A DNA stretch of 46,823 nt from Nemertoderma westbladi (Eukaryota; Animalia; Xenacoelomorpha). Location of the stretch: the NCBI GenBank assembly GCA_032718475.1, contig JAUCBJ010007178.1, positions 1 through 46,823 of the forward strand. The letters run 5' to 3'. Below the pieces are notes generated by a model that worked only from the letters and a program-made list of their open reading frames with translations, searched no databases and was not told where the DNA came from. Shown piece by piece: positions 9,990-21,989 of this stretch; position 1 is the first letter of the stretch, and each line of letters opens with the position of its first letter. The position numbers were made by a program, and so were the translations under genes.

Positions 9990-12900
9990 TTAGAGGTAGT
10001 GAGGGGGGTGGATAGTGCGTCCAGACCGAGTTCGAACAGACGGGGCGTCCGGGGTGGGCAGTGGTGGTGTGTATGTCGGTGTCCCCCTAGTGGCGGGAAG
10101 GTCGGGAGGAACTCTGGGAGGTCGGCCGCGACGCCGTGGCTGCCCGTAGACGATCGGCTCAGTGCAGTCTAGATGTGCCGGCTTCAGTCGGTCGACGGAC
10201 ACTGTCTCGGTGCGGCCCCCAATGTCGAGTTGGAACGTCTTGGGCCCATGGACCAGGACCCGGTAGGGTCCCTCATATGGGCGTTCCAGGTGCGTCCGGT
10301 GGGCGTCCCGTCGGACGAAGACGTGTGGGGCATTTTGGAGTTCGTGGGGAACAGACGATGGGGTTGGACCGTGACGCGACGTGGGGACTGGGGCGAACCG
10401 TCCGACACGCTCGCGGAGTTGCGGAAGGATCGTGGACGGAGAGTGTGGGACGTCCGTCTGCGTGGGCGGGAGGAACTCGCCCGGGACGGTGAGGGGGGCA
10501 CCGTAAACCAACTCGGCGGTGGAGGTGCCCAAGTCGTCCTTGGGTGCGGTCCTAATTCCGAGAAGGACCCACGGCAACTCGTCGACCCAGGCGGGGCCGG
10601 TGAGGGACGCACGGAGGGCGGACTTGAGGTGGCGGTGGAAACGTTCCACCAGTCCGTTTGCCTGCGGGTGGTAGGCCGTTGTGCGGTGCAGTTGGGTGCC
10701 CAGCAGCTGGTTGACGGCGGACCAGAGCTGGGAAGTGAACTGCGAGCCCCGGTCGGAGGACACGTCAGTAGGGACGCCAAAACGGGCGATCCAGTTCGCG
10801 ATGAGCGCGTGGGCGCAGCTCTCAGTGGAGGTGTCGGTGAGGGGAATGGCCTCCGGCCACCGGGTGAATCGATCCACCATCGTTAGGAGATGGGTGTACC
10901 CGTGGGACGGCGGGAGGGGCCCGACCAGATCTATGTGGATGTGGTCGAAGCGGCGATGGGGAGTCTCGATGGTGCCGAGGGGAGCGCGGACGTGGTGTTG
11001 CACCTTGGACGTTTGGCACGGCACACAGGTTGTTGCCCATGCACCGACCTGTTTCCGGAGGCCATGCCAAACGAATCGGTCGGCGACGATTTTCTTAGTC
11101 GTGCGGACCCCCGGGTGCGAGAGGCCGTGGATGACGTCGAAGACGTGGCGACGCCACGTGGCCGGAACGACCGGTCTGGGGTGGCCGAGAGAGACGTCGC
11201 AGAGCAGCGTTGCGCCGGAGGGGCCGATGGGGACGTCCTGTAGTTCGAGGCCCGAGATGGCGGTGCGGTATGCGGCCATCTCGCTGTCGGCGAGTTGGGC
11301 GGCAGCCATGGCGACGTAGTCGAGGCCGGGGGTGTGTACAGCGCCGATGTGTGTCCTGGAGAGGGCGTCCGCCACACAGTTATCTTTCCCCGAGACGTGG
11401 GCGATGGCCGTGGTGAACTCCGACACATAGGCGATGTGCCGCTGTTGTCTGGAGGACCACGGGTCACTGATCTTGGAGAAAGCGAACGTGAGAGGTTTGT
11501 GGTCCGTGTAGGCGGTGAAGGCGCGCCCCTCCAGGAAGTACCGGAAGTGGCGAATTGCGAGGTAAAGGGCCAGGAGCTCCCGGTCGAACGCGCTGTACTT
11601 CACCTCCGGGGGTCTCAACTGGCGGCTGAAGAACGCTAGGGGGCGCCACGACCCGCCGACCAGCTGCTCGAGGACGGCGCCCACGGCCGTGCCAGAGGCG
11701 TCCACTGTGAGTGCCGTGGGGGCAGTGGCTTCGGGGTGGGCCAACATGGTGGCGTGGGCGAGGACCTCCTTCGTGTCCCGGAAGGCTACCAGCATGTCGG
11801 GAGACCAATCGAGGAGTTTCGGCTTGGTACCGGAAAGGGCCCTGTAGAGAGGCCGCATAATGGCTGCAGCAGAGGGGATGAACCGATGGTAGAAGTTTAC
11901 CATCCCCACGAACTCCTGCAGGCCCTTAACGGTGGTGGGCTGGGCGAAATCCCTGATGGCGGCGACCTTGTCAGGGAGGGGAACGGCTCCATGGGCCGAG
12001 ATGCGGTGGCCGAGGAAGTCGATGACCGGTCGACCGAACTGGCACTTGGCGAGGTTGATGACGAGGCCGTGCTGCTGGAGGCGCGAGAAGAGCTGACGGA
12101 GATGGTCTCGGTGCTCCTGTCTGGACCGACTCGCGACGAGGACATCGTCTAGGTAGATGAAGACGAAGTCGAGTCCCTGGAGCGCCGAGTCCATCAGTCT
12201 CTGGAAGGCCTGGGCCGCGTTCTTCAGCCCGAACGGTACCCGGAGGAACTCGAAAAGGCCGAACGGGGTGATGACGGCGGTCTTAGCGATGTCGACCTCA
12301 TGGATGGGTATCTGGTGGTAACCGCGCACCAGATCGATCTTAGAGAAGATCCGTGCTCCTGCCAGGCGGGAGGAGAAGTCCTGGATGTGGGGAACAGGAT
12401 ACCGATCCGGAGTCGTGGCGTCGTTGAGGCGGCGGTAGTCGCCGCAGGGCCTCCAGCCACCCGAGGGTTTCGGGGCCATGTGGAGGGGAGACGACCAGGG
12501 ACTGTTAGATCGGCGGACGATCCCCATCTCCTCCATCTTGCGGAACTCCTCCTTGGCGATCGCCAGTTTGTCTGGAGGGAGACGGCGGGCGCGGGCGTGG
12601 ACTGGTGGCCCTTCGGTGGGGATATAGAGTTCCACGCCGTGTTTCACCGTCGGGTCGGAGAACCGAGGCTCCGTGATGTCGGGGAACTCGGCAAGGAGAC
12701 GGGCGAACTCGTTGTCGGAGGAGGCGACGGAACCGAGGTGGAGAGCGTGTCCCGGGGTCCGCCCGCATGGAATCGAGGTCAACGTCTCGGCGTCGACCAG
12801 ACGGCGGCCTCTCAGATCAACCAACAGGTTGTTGGCCCGGAGGAAGTCGGCTCCGAGGAGAGGCTGGTCCACGTCCGCGGCCGTGAACCGCCACTCGAAT

Positions 12901-13148
12901 TGGCGGGTCCCGAAACGCAGCGGAATTGTGCGTTGTCCGTATGTCCTGATCGAGGTGCTATTGGCGGCTACGAGGGGCGGACCGCTTCCGCCCGCGCGTG
13001 CCTCGTGCGTCATAGCCGGGATGACGCTGACCTCTGCCCCGGTGTCCACCAGAAACCGTTGCCTGGACAGTCGGTCCAGGACAAATAGCAGCAGATCGGG
13101 GTGGCCGGCCGTAGCAGCTGCTACTGACGGCCGGCCGGGGCGTTTCCC
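9990..13148 (-). CDS. pol: Gypsy Pol (protease-RT-RNase H-integrase), probably expressed by -1 frameshift from gag
   Basis: [10 protein letters not shown] protease, [19 protein letters not shown] RNase H, HHCC, IDLVGP / SDRGSQF / NGLVER integrase and GPY. The ORF is uninterrupted; the start given is the slippery site. Confidence 0.97.
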   Translation of the reverse strand, partial: GKRPGRPSVAAATAGHPDLLLFVLDRLSRQRFLVDTGAEVSVIPAMTHEARAGGSGPPLVAANSTSIRTYGQRTIPLRFGTRQFEWRFTAADVDQPLLGADFLRANNLLVDLRGRRLVDAETLTSIPCGRTPGHALHLGSVASSDNEFARLLAEFPDITEPRFSDPTVKHGVELYIPTEGPPVHARARRLPPDKLAIAKEEFRKMEEMGIVRRSNSPWSSPLHMAPKPSGGWRPCGDYRRLNDATTPDRYPVPHIQDFSSRLAGARIFSKIDLVRGYHQIPIHEVDIAKTAVITPFGLFEFLRVPFGLKNAAQAFQRLMDSALQGLDFVFIYLDDVLVASRSRQEHRDHLRQLFSRLQQHGLVINLAKCQFGRPVIDFLGHRISAHGAVPLPDKVAAIRDFAQPTTVKGLQEFVGMVNFYHRFIPSAAAIMRPLYRALSGTKPKLLDWSPDMLVAFRDTKEVLAHATMLAHPEATAPTALTVDASGTAVGAVLEQLVGGSWRPLAFFSRQLRPPEVKYSAFDRELLALYLAIRHFRYFLEGRAFTAYTDHKPLTFAFSKISDPWSSRQQRHIAYVSEFTTAIAHVSGKDNCVADALSRTHIGAVHTPGLDYVAMAAAQLADSEMAAYRTAISGLELQDVPIGPSGATLLCDVSLGHPRPVVPATWRRHVFDVIHGLSHPGVRTTKKIVADRFVWHGLRKQVGAWATTCVPCQTSKVQHHVRAPLGTIETPHRRFDHIHIDLVGPLPPSHGYTHLLTMVDRFTRWPEAIPLTDTSTESCAHALIANWIARFGVPTDVSSDRGSQFTSQLWSAVNQLLGTQLHRTTAYHPQANGLVERFHRHLKSALRASLTGPAWVDELPWVLLGIRTAPKDDLGTSTAELVYGAPLTVPGEFLPPTQTDVPHSPSTILPQLRERVGRFAPVPTSRHGPTPSSVPHELQNAPHVFVRRDAHRTHLERPYEGPYRVLVHGPKTFQLDIGGRTETVSVDRLKPAHLDCTEPIVYGQPRRRGRPPRVPPDLPATRGTPTYTPPLPTPDAPSVRTRSGRTIHPPHYL
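13103..13148 (-). promoter_or_regulatory. -1 programmed ribosomal frameshift signal
   Basis: G GGA AAC in the gag frame (13148-13142), a 5-nt spacer, then a 10-bp stem ggccggccgt/acggccggcc (13136-13103). Pol is in the -1 frame. Confidence 0.85.
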
Positions 13149-13861
13149 GGAAAAGTGCAGGGCGAGCGGCACTTCAGGGCGTCGGTGCCAAACTTCTGGT
13201 GGAAGTAGCACCAGTCGTCGTGAGCAGGCTGGGGGACGCGTGAACTCCGGCCGCTAGTTGGGGGGCCGGTGGAGGGCTTGTGGCGGGCCGGCCCGCCGGG
13301 ACCTCGTACAGTACGCACTGCCGGCTCCGGTACGATGAGCGGCGTCGCTACAGCATGAGCGGAGAGTGAGCTCGAGCGGGAGGTTTCCCAAAGCGCGTCG
13401 GCACGGTCTGCGACGCGGTCGAGGTCGCGAAAGTCCTCCTCGGCGAGTTGGAGGCGTATGGCGTCGGGCATCTGGCGGAGGAACGCCTCCTCGAACAGCA
13501 GGCAGTGGTGGTTATCACCGAGGAGTGCCTGCATCTCACCGAGGAGCTGCGAGGGTCGGCGGTCGCCGAGGCCGTTCAAGTCCCAGAGCCGCGCGGCGCG
13601 GTCGCGGCGGGAGAGTCCGAACACCTTGAGGAGTTTGGCCTTGATCTGGGCGTACTGGTCGACAGTAGGGGGATCCCGGATCAGCTGGAGCAGGCGACTG
13701 GCAGTGTCCTGGTCGAGGGCCCCCACCACGTAGTAGTACTTAGTGGCCTCGGTTGTGACGCCCCGGATGGCGAACTGTGCCTCGGCCTGGGCGAACCAAA
13801 CCTCAGGCTGGTTAGTCCAGAAGGTGGGCAGTTTCAGGGAGACGGCATTTGCCTCAGCCAT
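13121..13861 (-). CDS. gag: Gypsy Gag, 246 aa
   Basis: N-terminal [18 protein letters not shown] and C-terminal C-x2-H-x9-C-x3-C ([18 protein letters not shown]). Confidence 0.95.
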   Translation of the reverse strand: MAEANAVSLKLPTFWTNQPEVWFAQAEAQFAIRGVTTEATKYYYVVGALDQDTASRLLQLIRDPPTVDQYAQIKAKLLKVFGLSRRDRAARLWDLNGLGDRRPSQLLGEMQALLGDNHHCLLFEEAFLRQMPDAIRLQLAEEDFRDLDRVADRADALWETSRSSSLSAHAVATPLIVPEPAVRTVRGPGGPARHKPSTGPPTSGRSSRVPQPAHDDWCYFHQKFGTDALKCRSPCTFPGNAPAGRQ

Positions 13862-13938
13862 GGTGAAGGCGTTGGAGCGGGGCGCGAATAACGGGAGGGC
13901 TGTTGGTTGCAGTTCGACTCAACAAATCGTGCTGAGCA

Positions 13939-13950
13939 GTCGGGTCACCA
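13939..13950 (-). other. Primer-binding site, tRNA-Trp-like
   Basis: TGGTGACCCGAC 1 nt after the 5' LTR. It is complementary to the animal tRNA-Trp 3' end GTCGGGGTCACCA with one base missing. Confidence 0.8.
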
Positions 13951-13951
13951 A

Positions 13952-14171
13952 TGTGGCAGTATAATCGTACTGCTAATGTCTCATCATAAAGTATACCGGA
14001 TATGCAAAGGTATGCAATAAAAATGTATAATATGAAGGCAGTAGTTAGCCTACACCAGTAAGTAGGATGTAGGAAGTTAATGCAGTGAATAGTCAAGTGA
14101 AAACTCTCTAACACTTGTCCGAGTATATGGCAAACTCAGTAGGTCCTGAGTATGTAAGTGGCACCGCCACA
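13952..14171 (-). repeat. 5' LTR of the Gypsy element
   Basis: 220-bp direct repeat of 9746-9965. Confidence 0.97.
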
Positions 14172-15531
14172 ACAGTCAGAATATAATTGCACGGTAATGG
14201 CGACGGTTAAAAACTGTTCCGGTCTCACAACTGTATAGATACCAACTAATTCAGAATCAATAAGTGCAACGGTTATATATTATTAACACATATTAATCAC
14301 TGCTACAGTATTGAGTGGCCTGGCCAGTAGATACGTTCTAATCACTCCCAATCTGTTTTCCCCTCCCATCATTGGTCAACCTGATTAATTGTCACCTCGC
14401 CACTCCCTGCTGTCACTGTCCCCACGTGCTAACCCCTGCTAGCCCCTTTGTCCCTCTGAGATGGTTTGACCTCTCAACTCTCCCTGTGGCTGGCGATGTG
14501 TATCGCCTAAGTTGGTTATGAGGTGACATTATTATTGGTAATGTCACCTTCCCAACTATAATTGGTAAAATGCCACTAAGCCCATTTTCGGTGGGTAGTG
14601 CAGGGAATTGAATCCGCTTACATAGCCCTACCAGATCAATCCTATTAAAAAACAATTGAATTAAATCAACGGATCTCTTAAATATCTCTTCAATTCTCCT
14701 AATAACTTCAGTAATTATCAGTAATATAAATGGTATCATCTTCAGAATCTGCAGATTAAAGCGGATCTAATTAAATCAAAGTAAACTTAAGCCGCCATAT
14801 ATTACAATATATTATTAACTATAAACTGCATGAAAGCCGTGGTTTAAAAAACCCAGGGAAATAATTATGAACTGAACGATGGTGAATCTATATTATATTT
14901 GTGTGAGGAATTATTTGCAATTATGTTATTTCAACTATCTTGTACTGTAACATGATAAGCCTGACATGGTTCTGATCAACATCCCCACCATAGATAAACG
15001 GGTTTAATTATTAAACTAACCAGGGTCTTTCCCGAAACTCTCCACCGACTATTTTTGCATTAACCTTCGTTTGGTATTTCGATTTCACATAGTTTTCAAT
15101 GTCTCTGTTACAATTGGCCATATTGTTTTATCCAGTTACTGCTGCCTCTTTCTTTGCAATGTAGCCACCTATAATAGTTCGGGTTTTCAAAGGTAAAAGA
15201 TATTTGGGGTAGTTTTATATTTAAATAAATTTATATAAATATTATTAATTGAATTAATTATAATTATGCATCTATTAATTATTCCGCCCAGTGAATTTGG
15301 ACGATATCTTGGTATAAGACTCTGTATGACTATCAGTTTAGCGGGGTACTTTAATTTAATTGTAAATTCGTCGTGAGATATTATTACGTAAAAATATTTT
15401 GTGATATAATATAAAATTATTGGACATTTATTTAAAAAAAAATATATTTTTAATCAATAAGAGAAAATACATTAATTTTAAGTAAGATATATTCCTGGAT
15501 GGATGTCCATCAAAGCAGAAAGACAGTAATA

Positions 15532-16310
15532 AATAATGGCTGGCCCTGATATTATTCTGTATAAATCATGGCTGAACCCTGATATTATTCTGTATGAATC
15601 ATGGCTGAGCCCTGATATTATTCTGTATGTATCATGGCTGAGCCCTGATATTATTCTGTATAGAATCATGGCTGAGCCCTGATATTATTCTGTATGAATA
15701 ATGGCTGAGCCCTGATATTATTCTGTATGAATCATGGCGGAGCCCATGTATGAATTCATTCTGTATGAATAATTGTGGAGCTATGATATTATTCTGTATG
15801 GAATCATGGCTGAGCCATGATATTTCTCTGTATGAATCATGGCTGAGCCCTGATATTATTCTGTATGAATCATGGTTGAGCCCTGATATTATTCTGTATG
15901 AATCATGGCTGAGCCATGATATTATTCTGTATGAATCATGGCGGAGCCCATGTATGAATTCATTCTGTATGAATAATTGTGGAGCCATGATATTATTCTG
16001 TATAGAATCATGGCTGAGCCATGATATTTCTATGTATGAATCATGGCTGAGCCCTGATATTATTCTGTATGAATCATGGCTGAGCCCTGATATTATTCTG
16101 TATGAATCATGGCTGAACCCTGATATTATTATGTATGAATCATGGCTGAGCCATGATATTATTCTGTATAGAATCATGGCTGAGCCATGATATTATTCTC
16201 TATAGAATCATGGCGGAGCCCTGATATTATTCTGTATAGAATCATGGCTGAGCCCTGATTTTATTCTATATAGAATCATGGCTGAGCCCGGATATTATTC
16301 TGTATAGAAT
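15532..16310. repeat. 33/34-bp satellite, left part (gaatcatggctgagccctgatattattctgtat[a])
   Basis: Tandem units are visible. The array stops at agaat, the BEL TSD. Confidence 0.97.
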
Positions 16311-17472
16311 TGTTCGCGCTTTCAGACCTTTAGCAGTTTAACCTGCCAAATTAGGATGTCTTCTAGATAATAGATAGTCTTTAGCCTACGACAAATATTT
16401 GATACACTACATTAGCCGAAACCAGTCTATGTGCGATCATTCACCCGCTGGATATACCCGGGAGACTGGATTCGGAAGCCTAATCGTATTGCGGGGTAGG
16501 CCTACTGTATTATTCGATTGATCGTAATATATATAATCTCTGACAAATATTATTCACTTTCGGGAAATATTAACAGTTCCTTTAGGACGTGGCGCTCTAA
16601 ATATGTAAACAGAGTTATGACTTAAACTAGACACAACAGAATGGCTATAGATTCACGTATATGGCGCATTCTTTAGGAGATGCTTCGTTATCAATCACAA
16701 TCATACACAATGCTGCACAATGCTGTACACCAATCTGCCGACCTTCACTAATTTTAGTCACATACAAAGAGAATAACAGACAATACATGTAGGGCCTATA
16801 AAATAGCATTAGATTCACTTCAAACCACTTAATGTAAGCCGCAATCGTTATATGTAACCTGTCTCTCTAACCTTTAGGATATCAAGAAGATTGGGGTGTC
16901 TGATTATTGATCAGTATTCCAAATATAATGTTCCATCAACAAATATAATGAATAACCGACAGCAAAAGCAGTAATGTTAAGTAGGATATGTATGTTATGA
17001 GATATGATTTATGATTAAGAGTAGAGATAACGGATATACGTTCTATAATTAGGCCTACTAATGTTAAGCTAAAGACTGAAACACGGAGGTTCCACGCCGG
17101 TGTTGTAGGCTGTGGGCAAAAATCACATACACTGACTCAACTCCACGAGTTTCTATCTACCATCTAACACAGAGGCAAAAAACGCTCTGATTGGTCGACC
17201 GAACAAAGAGAGAACAAAGAACAAAGAGATGTTCTACGTGGCAATATCAGCTGTTAGCCGTCGTCATGGTATCTACACTGTTTCAAGAGGATCCGGCTTA
17301 TTGCGTCATAAAATTGCGGATTATGTCCGCTAAAGTACACATACAGAAGAAATGACTTTTATGTCCTCTAAAACACCAGTACAGTAAGGACACGGCCTTT
17401 TTATGCCTGGTAAACCAACTACAGAGTACTTTACGGGGAAAATAACCGGCTAATTACGCAAAAGCCTTTACA
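16311..17472 (-). repeat. 3' LTR of the BEL element, 1162 bp
   Basis: Matches 31634-32453 plus 33291-33632 with about six substitutions seen by eye. A purine tract (minus strand ctgggagcgg, 17473-17482) precedes it. Confidence 0.96.
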
Positions 17473-17498
17473 CCGCTCCCAGAAAATGGGATTTAAGT

Positions 17499-19072
17499 CT
17501 ATAAAATATAACAAATCACAGTTTCTAAAATATAAAAATACTCTAAACAGTTAGTCTTTCTTACGCGGACGGCGTTTACGCAGTTTTTTGAGGCAAGCAA
17601 GAGTCCTTTTCTCTTTGGGGGTAGCCACTTTACTAGGAGGGCCATAACTCCTGGGTGAAGGGTGCAATATGATTGCATCAGAAGGTGTAGGATTATGGTC
17701 GGGGTATCCGCCGTTTCGATATGCTTCTCCTCGAGCTGATTTTCCTCCGCTCGTAGCTGGATACGTTCATCCAAAAACTCTCGCAGAGAATAGGATCGTC
17801 CAAGTTCGATAACTTCTTAGAGATTCTGGATTTCCCGATCGAACTGAGATATAGTTACTTTGTTTACCGCTTGGACTTGCTAGTGCAATTTACGTTTATC
17901 TGAACAAGCGTAAGTTCCTTTTCTGATCTTTGTAGAATAGCGTCTAACTCATTTGGTACAACGCTCTCCGCCACTTTGGTGACAGGTTATATCGTGTTAA
18001 GCCGGGACGATGGTAAGGGTTAAACGGCGATATTAAATGTCCGCGTCCCAATCCGGCTAGGTAGGATGGGCTAATATCTAGGAAGCCTACAACCGGGGTG
18101 CCACCGACTAATTGTTCAGGTAACACTAGATCTTTGAACAGTGAGTACAGCTCGGGAGGATCCGTCATACTAATAGGATCAAGAGTCTGAGGTCTCACTA
18201 GGGAATGAAGAGGTCTAATCGAGTATTCCGAAACTCTGATCATTGGTTTATTTAAGGATGTCTGAGTCGAACGAGCGTAGGTGATACGTCAAACAAATTT
18301 CGCTCGAAACTCCCGTAAATATAGCGAGTAAAACCGTGTTTAAAGCAACGTCTCCGCGGATGTTTATGTCTTTCCGTTTGTTGGTTGGGTCTTGGGCATT
18401 CATCGCAATAATACCAAAGACGCACGTCTTGTAGGGGAAACGCGAGTGATCTTTCTCCAGCTTACAATATTCCTCCATCCGTTCGACGCTATCCAGTACA
18501 ACAGGTAGCGGTCGATCAGCGGTAAGATACATCATAGTGGAATAGAGCCGTTTGAGTTCTACCATGCGGTCATGATGTATACCTTGAGGATATCGAGTTT
18601 CTAGATTCTGTTGACTGGTAATATCGAGATAGGTTTCTCTCAAGAATTCCAGGTATTTGGTAAAGTCGCTGCATTTATCCGGCTCTTTAACATCTGCACT
18701 TTCGAGTCGGTTTCGAATAGAATTTTCGTGTTCGAGTCTCAGTTTATCGTTCCGCTTCCGCTGGGTATGATATTTAAATAAAACCATTTCCCTTTTGGTG
18801 TCTATATAGTTCGTATCGTGTAGGTCGATAGGATGGCCAGTAGTTAAGAAGTCCATATACGTACAATTACGATGCGTATAGCGAGCGGTGAATTTTCTCC
18901 AGCCCAACCCACGCGCAAGTTGCTCCCGGGACATTGGCGGTTAGATATAACGACCATCGTCTTCCGTAGTAGTTGGACCAGCGTCGCCGCGTATCAAGCT
19001 ATCAACAAAGGCTTGTAAAGGTAGAGTATATCGCTCCCTGATACCAAGATCATCTTCTATCAACTCAATCAT
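17499..19072 (-). pseudogene. Decayed accessory ORF of the BEL element in the env position, unknown product
   Basis: ATG at 19072 (MIELIEDD...) is in frame with the 228-aa ORF 18248-18934 across one TAA. ORF pieces 17944-18243 and 17499-17774 follow on the same strand. Confidence 0.55.
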
Positions 19073-19906
19073 ATCTGCTATATAAGTTTATCCATATTAT
19101 AATGAGTTTATATTTAGGCGAGCGGGCGTCGCTGCCTACCCCTCTCTGCCCCCGGACAGTGCGAGATCCTCAGCGCTGGTGTACTTTCGCCGATGTGCCT
19201 ATCGCCAACGTCGTAGCTGCACAACGACTACAACCACCAGCACAAGTCACTCCACCGTCCGTCCCAAAGGCTTAGATATACTTCAGGTTCTTACTGGAGA
19301 GTTAGGGTTACTTTCACAATTGCGACTCGCTACTGTACACACACCTTAGTAGTAACATTCACCTACAAACGCACAAATTCCACGTAATTGTCACAAATGG
19401 TACACATTCTATCACACATTCGGGTCATTTGTCCGTTAGTCAAGTGCCTTCCAGAATGTCACTTTATTTATTATGTATCCCTGGATACTAGCAGTGCGCT
19501 ATTTATTCCCTATGCTATTCAATGGGGCAAGCCTTCTATTGTTCTTTTAACTCACTTCTAATTCTGGCGTGGTTGTTGCCATGGTGACATTATGGAAAGC
19601 TAGCGGTAGAATTAGGGTAATTCTCATGCATACAGATCTGGGATGCTATTTGATAGTAATTCTTTAATTGTCAATATCCTCTCTATATATGATTTTATGG
19701 ATTTTATCGGCTATTGACTATATATTGGAGATTCTCGCACACAAATACACTTAATAGAGTGAATCTCCGCTCCCATGATCTATTAATTAATGGAATTTTG
19801 GGAATGTTATACATTGTATAAAATGACAATTTATTAAATTCATTGAAATATATGAATTTAAATTTATTCCCGTAAATTTTATTATTTAATATTAAAATAG
19901 ACATAA

Positions 19907-20200
19907 TTTTATTCCAGAACGTGTCTGGGGACTGGGATCCTGTATTCTAGGAATTTTGTCCTTTTAAGAGTATCGGTAAGTGCTACGATATCTTAATCGA
20001 CTAGAATTTTAAAGGATCTGATATTTGACAGATTTTGTAAATATTAATAATTAATATTTAGGATGGGCACCAGTTTATTCCAGAACTTGTCTGGGGACGT
20101 TAACCACTGATTCTAGAATTTTGTCTTTCAAGTATATCGGTGGGTGCCGCGATATCTTAATCGACTAGAATTGCAGATGGTCAAAGGGTTTAACAGATTT
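19907..20200. repeat. Diverged tandem duplication (~165-bp period) in the BEL 3' internal region
   Basis: tttattccagaac.tgtctggggac...tatcggt..gtgc..cgatatcttaatcgactagaatt occurs at ~19908 and ~20074. Confidence 0.8.
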
Positions 20201-20719
20201 ATTTTGCGTTATACGCTACTGTTAAAGGGACATCACGCTAATATATGTATTATTTAATATACGGTATGAGAGCAATATCGCACGAAGCAATGTCAGTGTG
20301 AAGAGGCAAGTCGTTTCCAAGGTCTACCCAGAGCTTGGTTTAGCCGAGACACGAGGATCTGAACTTTGCATTCCTAATACTCTGCCTACCAATAATACTT
20401 GAATATAGTAGTGGCTTTATTGTACTTTAATAAGTACGGACATTTCATCTTACTGTAGTTACGTATTCGTAATATAATACGGGCAGTAAGGAAAGAGAAA
20501 AAGAATTATTTCTCGCCGTCACACTAAATATATAATATAAGTAATTACGTAATAAACACGAATATATATTATACTAATCTACTAAATAATCGCTAAAATA
20601 ACATTCTACTGAATAAAATTAAATAAAACGATTATAATAAAATTACATAATAATACATACATAAATATAAAATAATAAGACAAATATAAAATATAGTCAT
20701 ACACCCACTCCAGCCGTTG

Positions 20720-21989
20720 TTAAGTTGGGGAGTCCCTAGATGTTTGTTGGATTAGGGAGGTGGTCGTGGTAAGAGTATCTTGCCTCCCATAGTTTCCGGA
20801 GAGTTCTCTGTCTCTTTCCAGTAAACATAAGCGACCAACTGGGCGATTGAGCTGCTGCGTCTCGAAGACAATTCCCGGTTTCTTGAAGTTACGTCGCATG
20901 ACGACGAGTTCTACCGATCGCACCAAACCATCATCAGAGATGTGAGTCTCGATGATACGACCTGTCTGCCACCACTTACGTGGAAGATCTACATCCACAA
21001 TAAGAACCATGTCTCCAGCGCTGACGTTTTCTTGCTGCGCAAACCACTTAGTTCGAAGTTGTAGCGTGGGCAGATAATGTTTTTCGAAATGATCAGCGAA
21101 ACGACGGGATAACAACTGCATGAGTTGCCAAGTTTGCCGGCAGTATTCGTCTCCGTCTGTGATTTCCGATTGTGGGAGCATGGCTACAGGTTTCTTCAGT
21201 AGGAAGTGCGCGGGTGTTACCGCTTCCAGGGAATCTGGACTCGATGAGACTGGCATAAGCGGTCTCTCGTTGAGATAGGCGGCGATTTCCTCCATTAACG
21301 TCCGCAAAAGTTCGTCGGTGAGATACGCGCGGCAAGGCACTATAAAGTTAAATGCTGTCTTCACACTTCTTATTAATCTCTCCCAACTTCCTCCCCACCA
21401 AGGGGCGTCTGCGGCGTTGAAGGTCCAGCTAGACGCTGTTACTCGTAGCTGATCGTCCACCTGTCTTTGGTTCCAATCTTTGACGTAAGCTTTGATTTCA
21501 TTGTTGGCACCAATGAAGTTAGTTCCCTTATCAGATCTCATCGTGTTACTAGTGCCAAAGCGAGCGATCTGTCGTCGTAAGCTTAATAGGAAGCTGTTGG
21601 TCGATAAATCGTTCACCATATCGAGATGGATAGCTCTACAAGTCATACAAACAAAGATTACACACCATCTCTTGACTATAGTCCTAGCACGATATACTTC
21701 AATAGGGCCAAATAAATCCACACCGGTATTAGTAAAGGGTGGTTCATAAAAGCTTACTCGTTCCCTAGGTAATTCTGCCTCTCGCTGTGTTAAAGGCCTA
21801 CTGAATGCTTTCCTACAGGGTATACAGTTCCTAAGAACTTGGTTCAGAGCTCTACGGGGTTTATAAAAATAATAGCGAGTTCGAATTTCGCTAAGAACTC
21901 GTTCCCTACCAGCATGATAAAGTTTGCTGTGAACATCTACAATCATCTTGACTTGTATTTCAAGATTTCTAATGAGTATGGGGAACTTT
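20720..21989 (-). CDS. pol: BEL integrase domain, frameshifted from the rest of pol
   Basis: HSKLYHAG...CIPC (HHCC), GVDLFGP, RSDKGTNF and GGSWERLIRSVK. It joins the upstream frame if one A at 21987-21989 is removed (SFDTK|FPILI). Confidence 0.93.

Larger units (their letters stand above)
9746..14171 (-). mobile_element. Full-length Ty3/Gypsy LTR retrotransposon, CsRn1-like clade, 4426 bp
   Basis: Paired 220-bp LTRs, ACAG TSD (9742-9745 and 14172-14175), intact gag and pol, CHCC gag motif, tRNA-Trp-like PBS and GPY integrase motif. Confidence 0.97.

Noticed and set aside
10136-13964. Many overlapping ORFs on both strands inside the Gypsy element
   Set aside because: Shadow frames of GC-rich gag-pol with no motifs.
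14975-14990. TGGTGGGGATG as a tRNA-Ala-like PBS of the old BEL element
   Set aside because: Mismatched, and no paired LTR was found next to it.
15478-16190. Repetitive ORFs (SHDSYRIISG / YESWLSPDIIL), also at 33976-35271, 4256-4684, 36152-36704 and 45877-46239
   Set aside because: Translations of satellites whose unit length is near a multiple of three or that lack stops.
15532-16310. CRISPR-like array of ~33-bp repeats (also 33633-35262)
   Set aside because: Units are head to tail with no unique spacers, there are no cas genes, and the context is eukaryotic.
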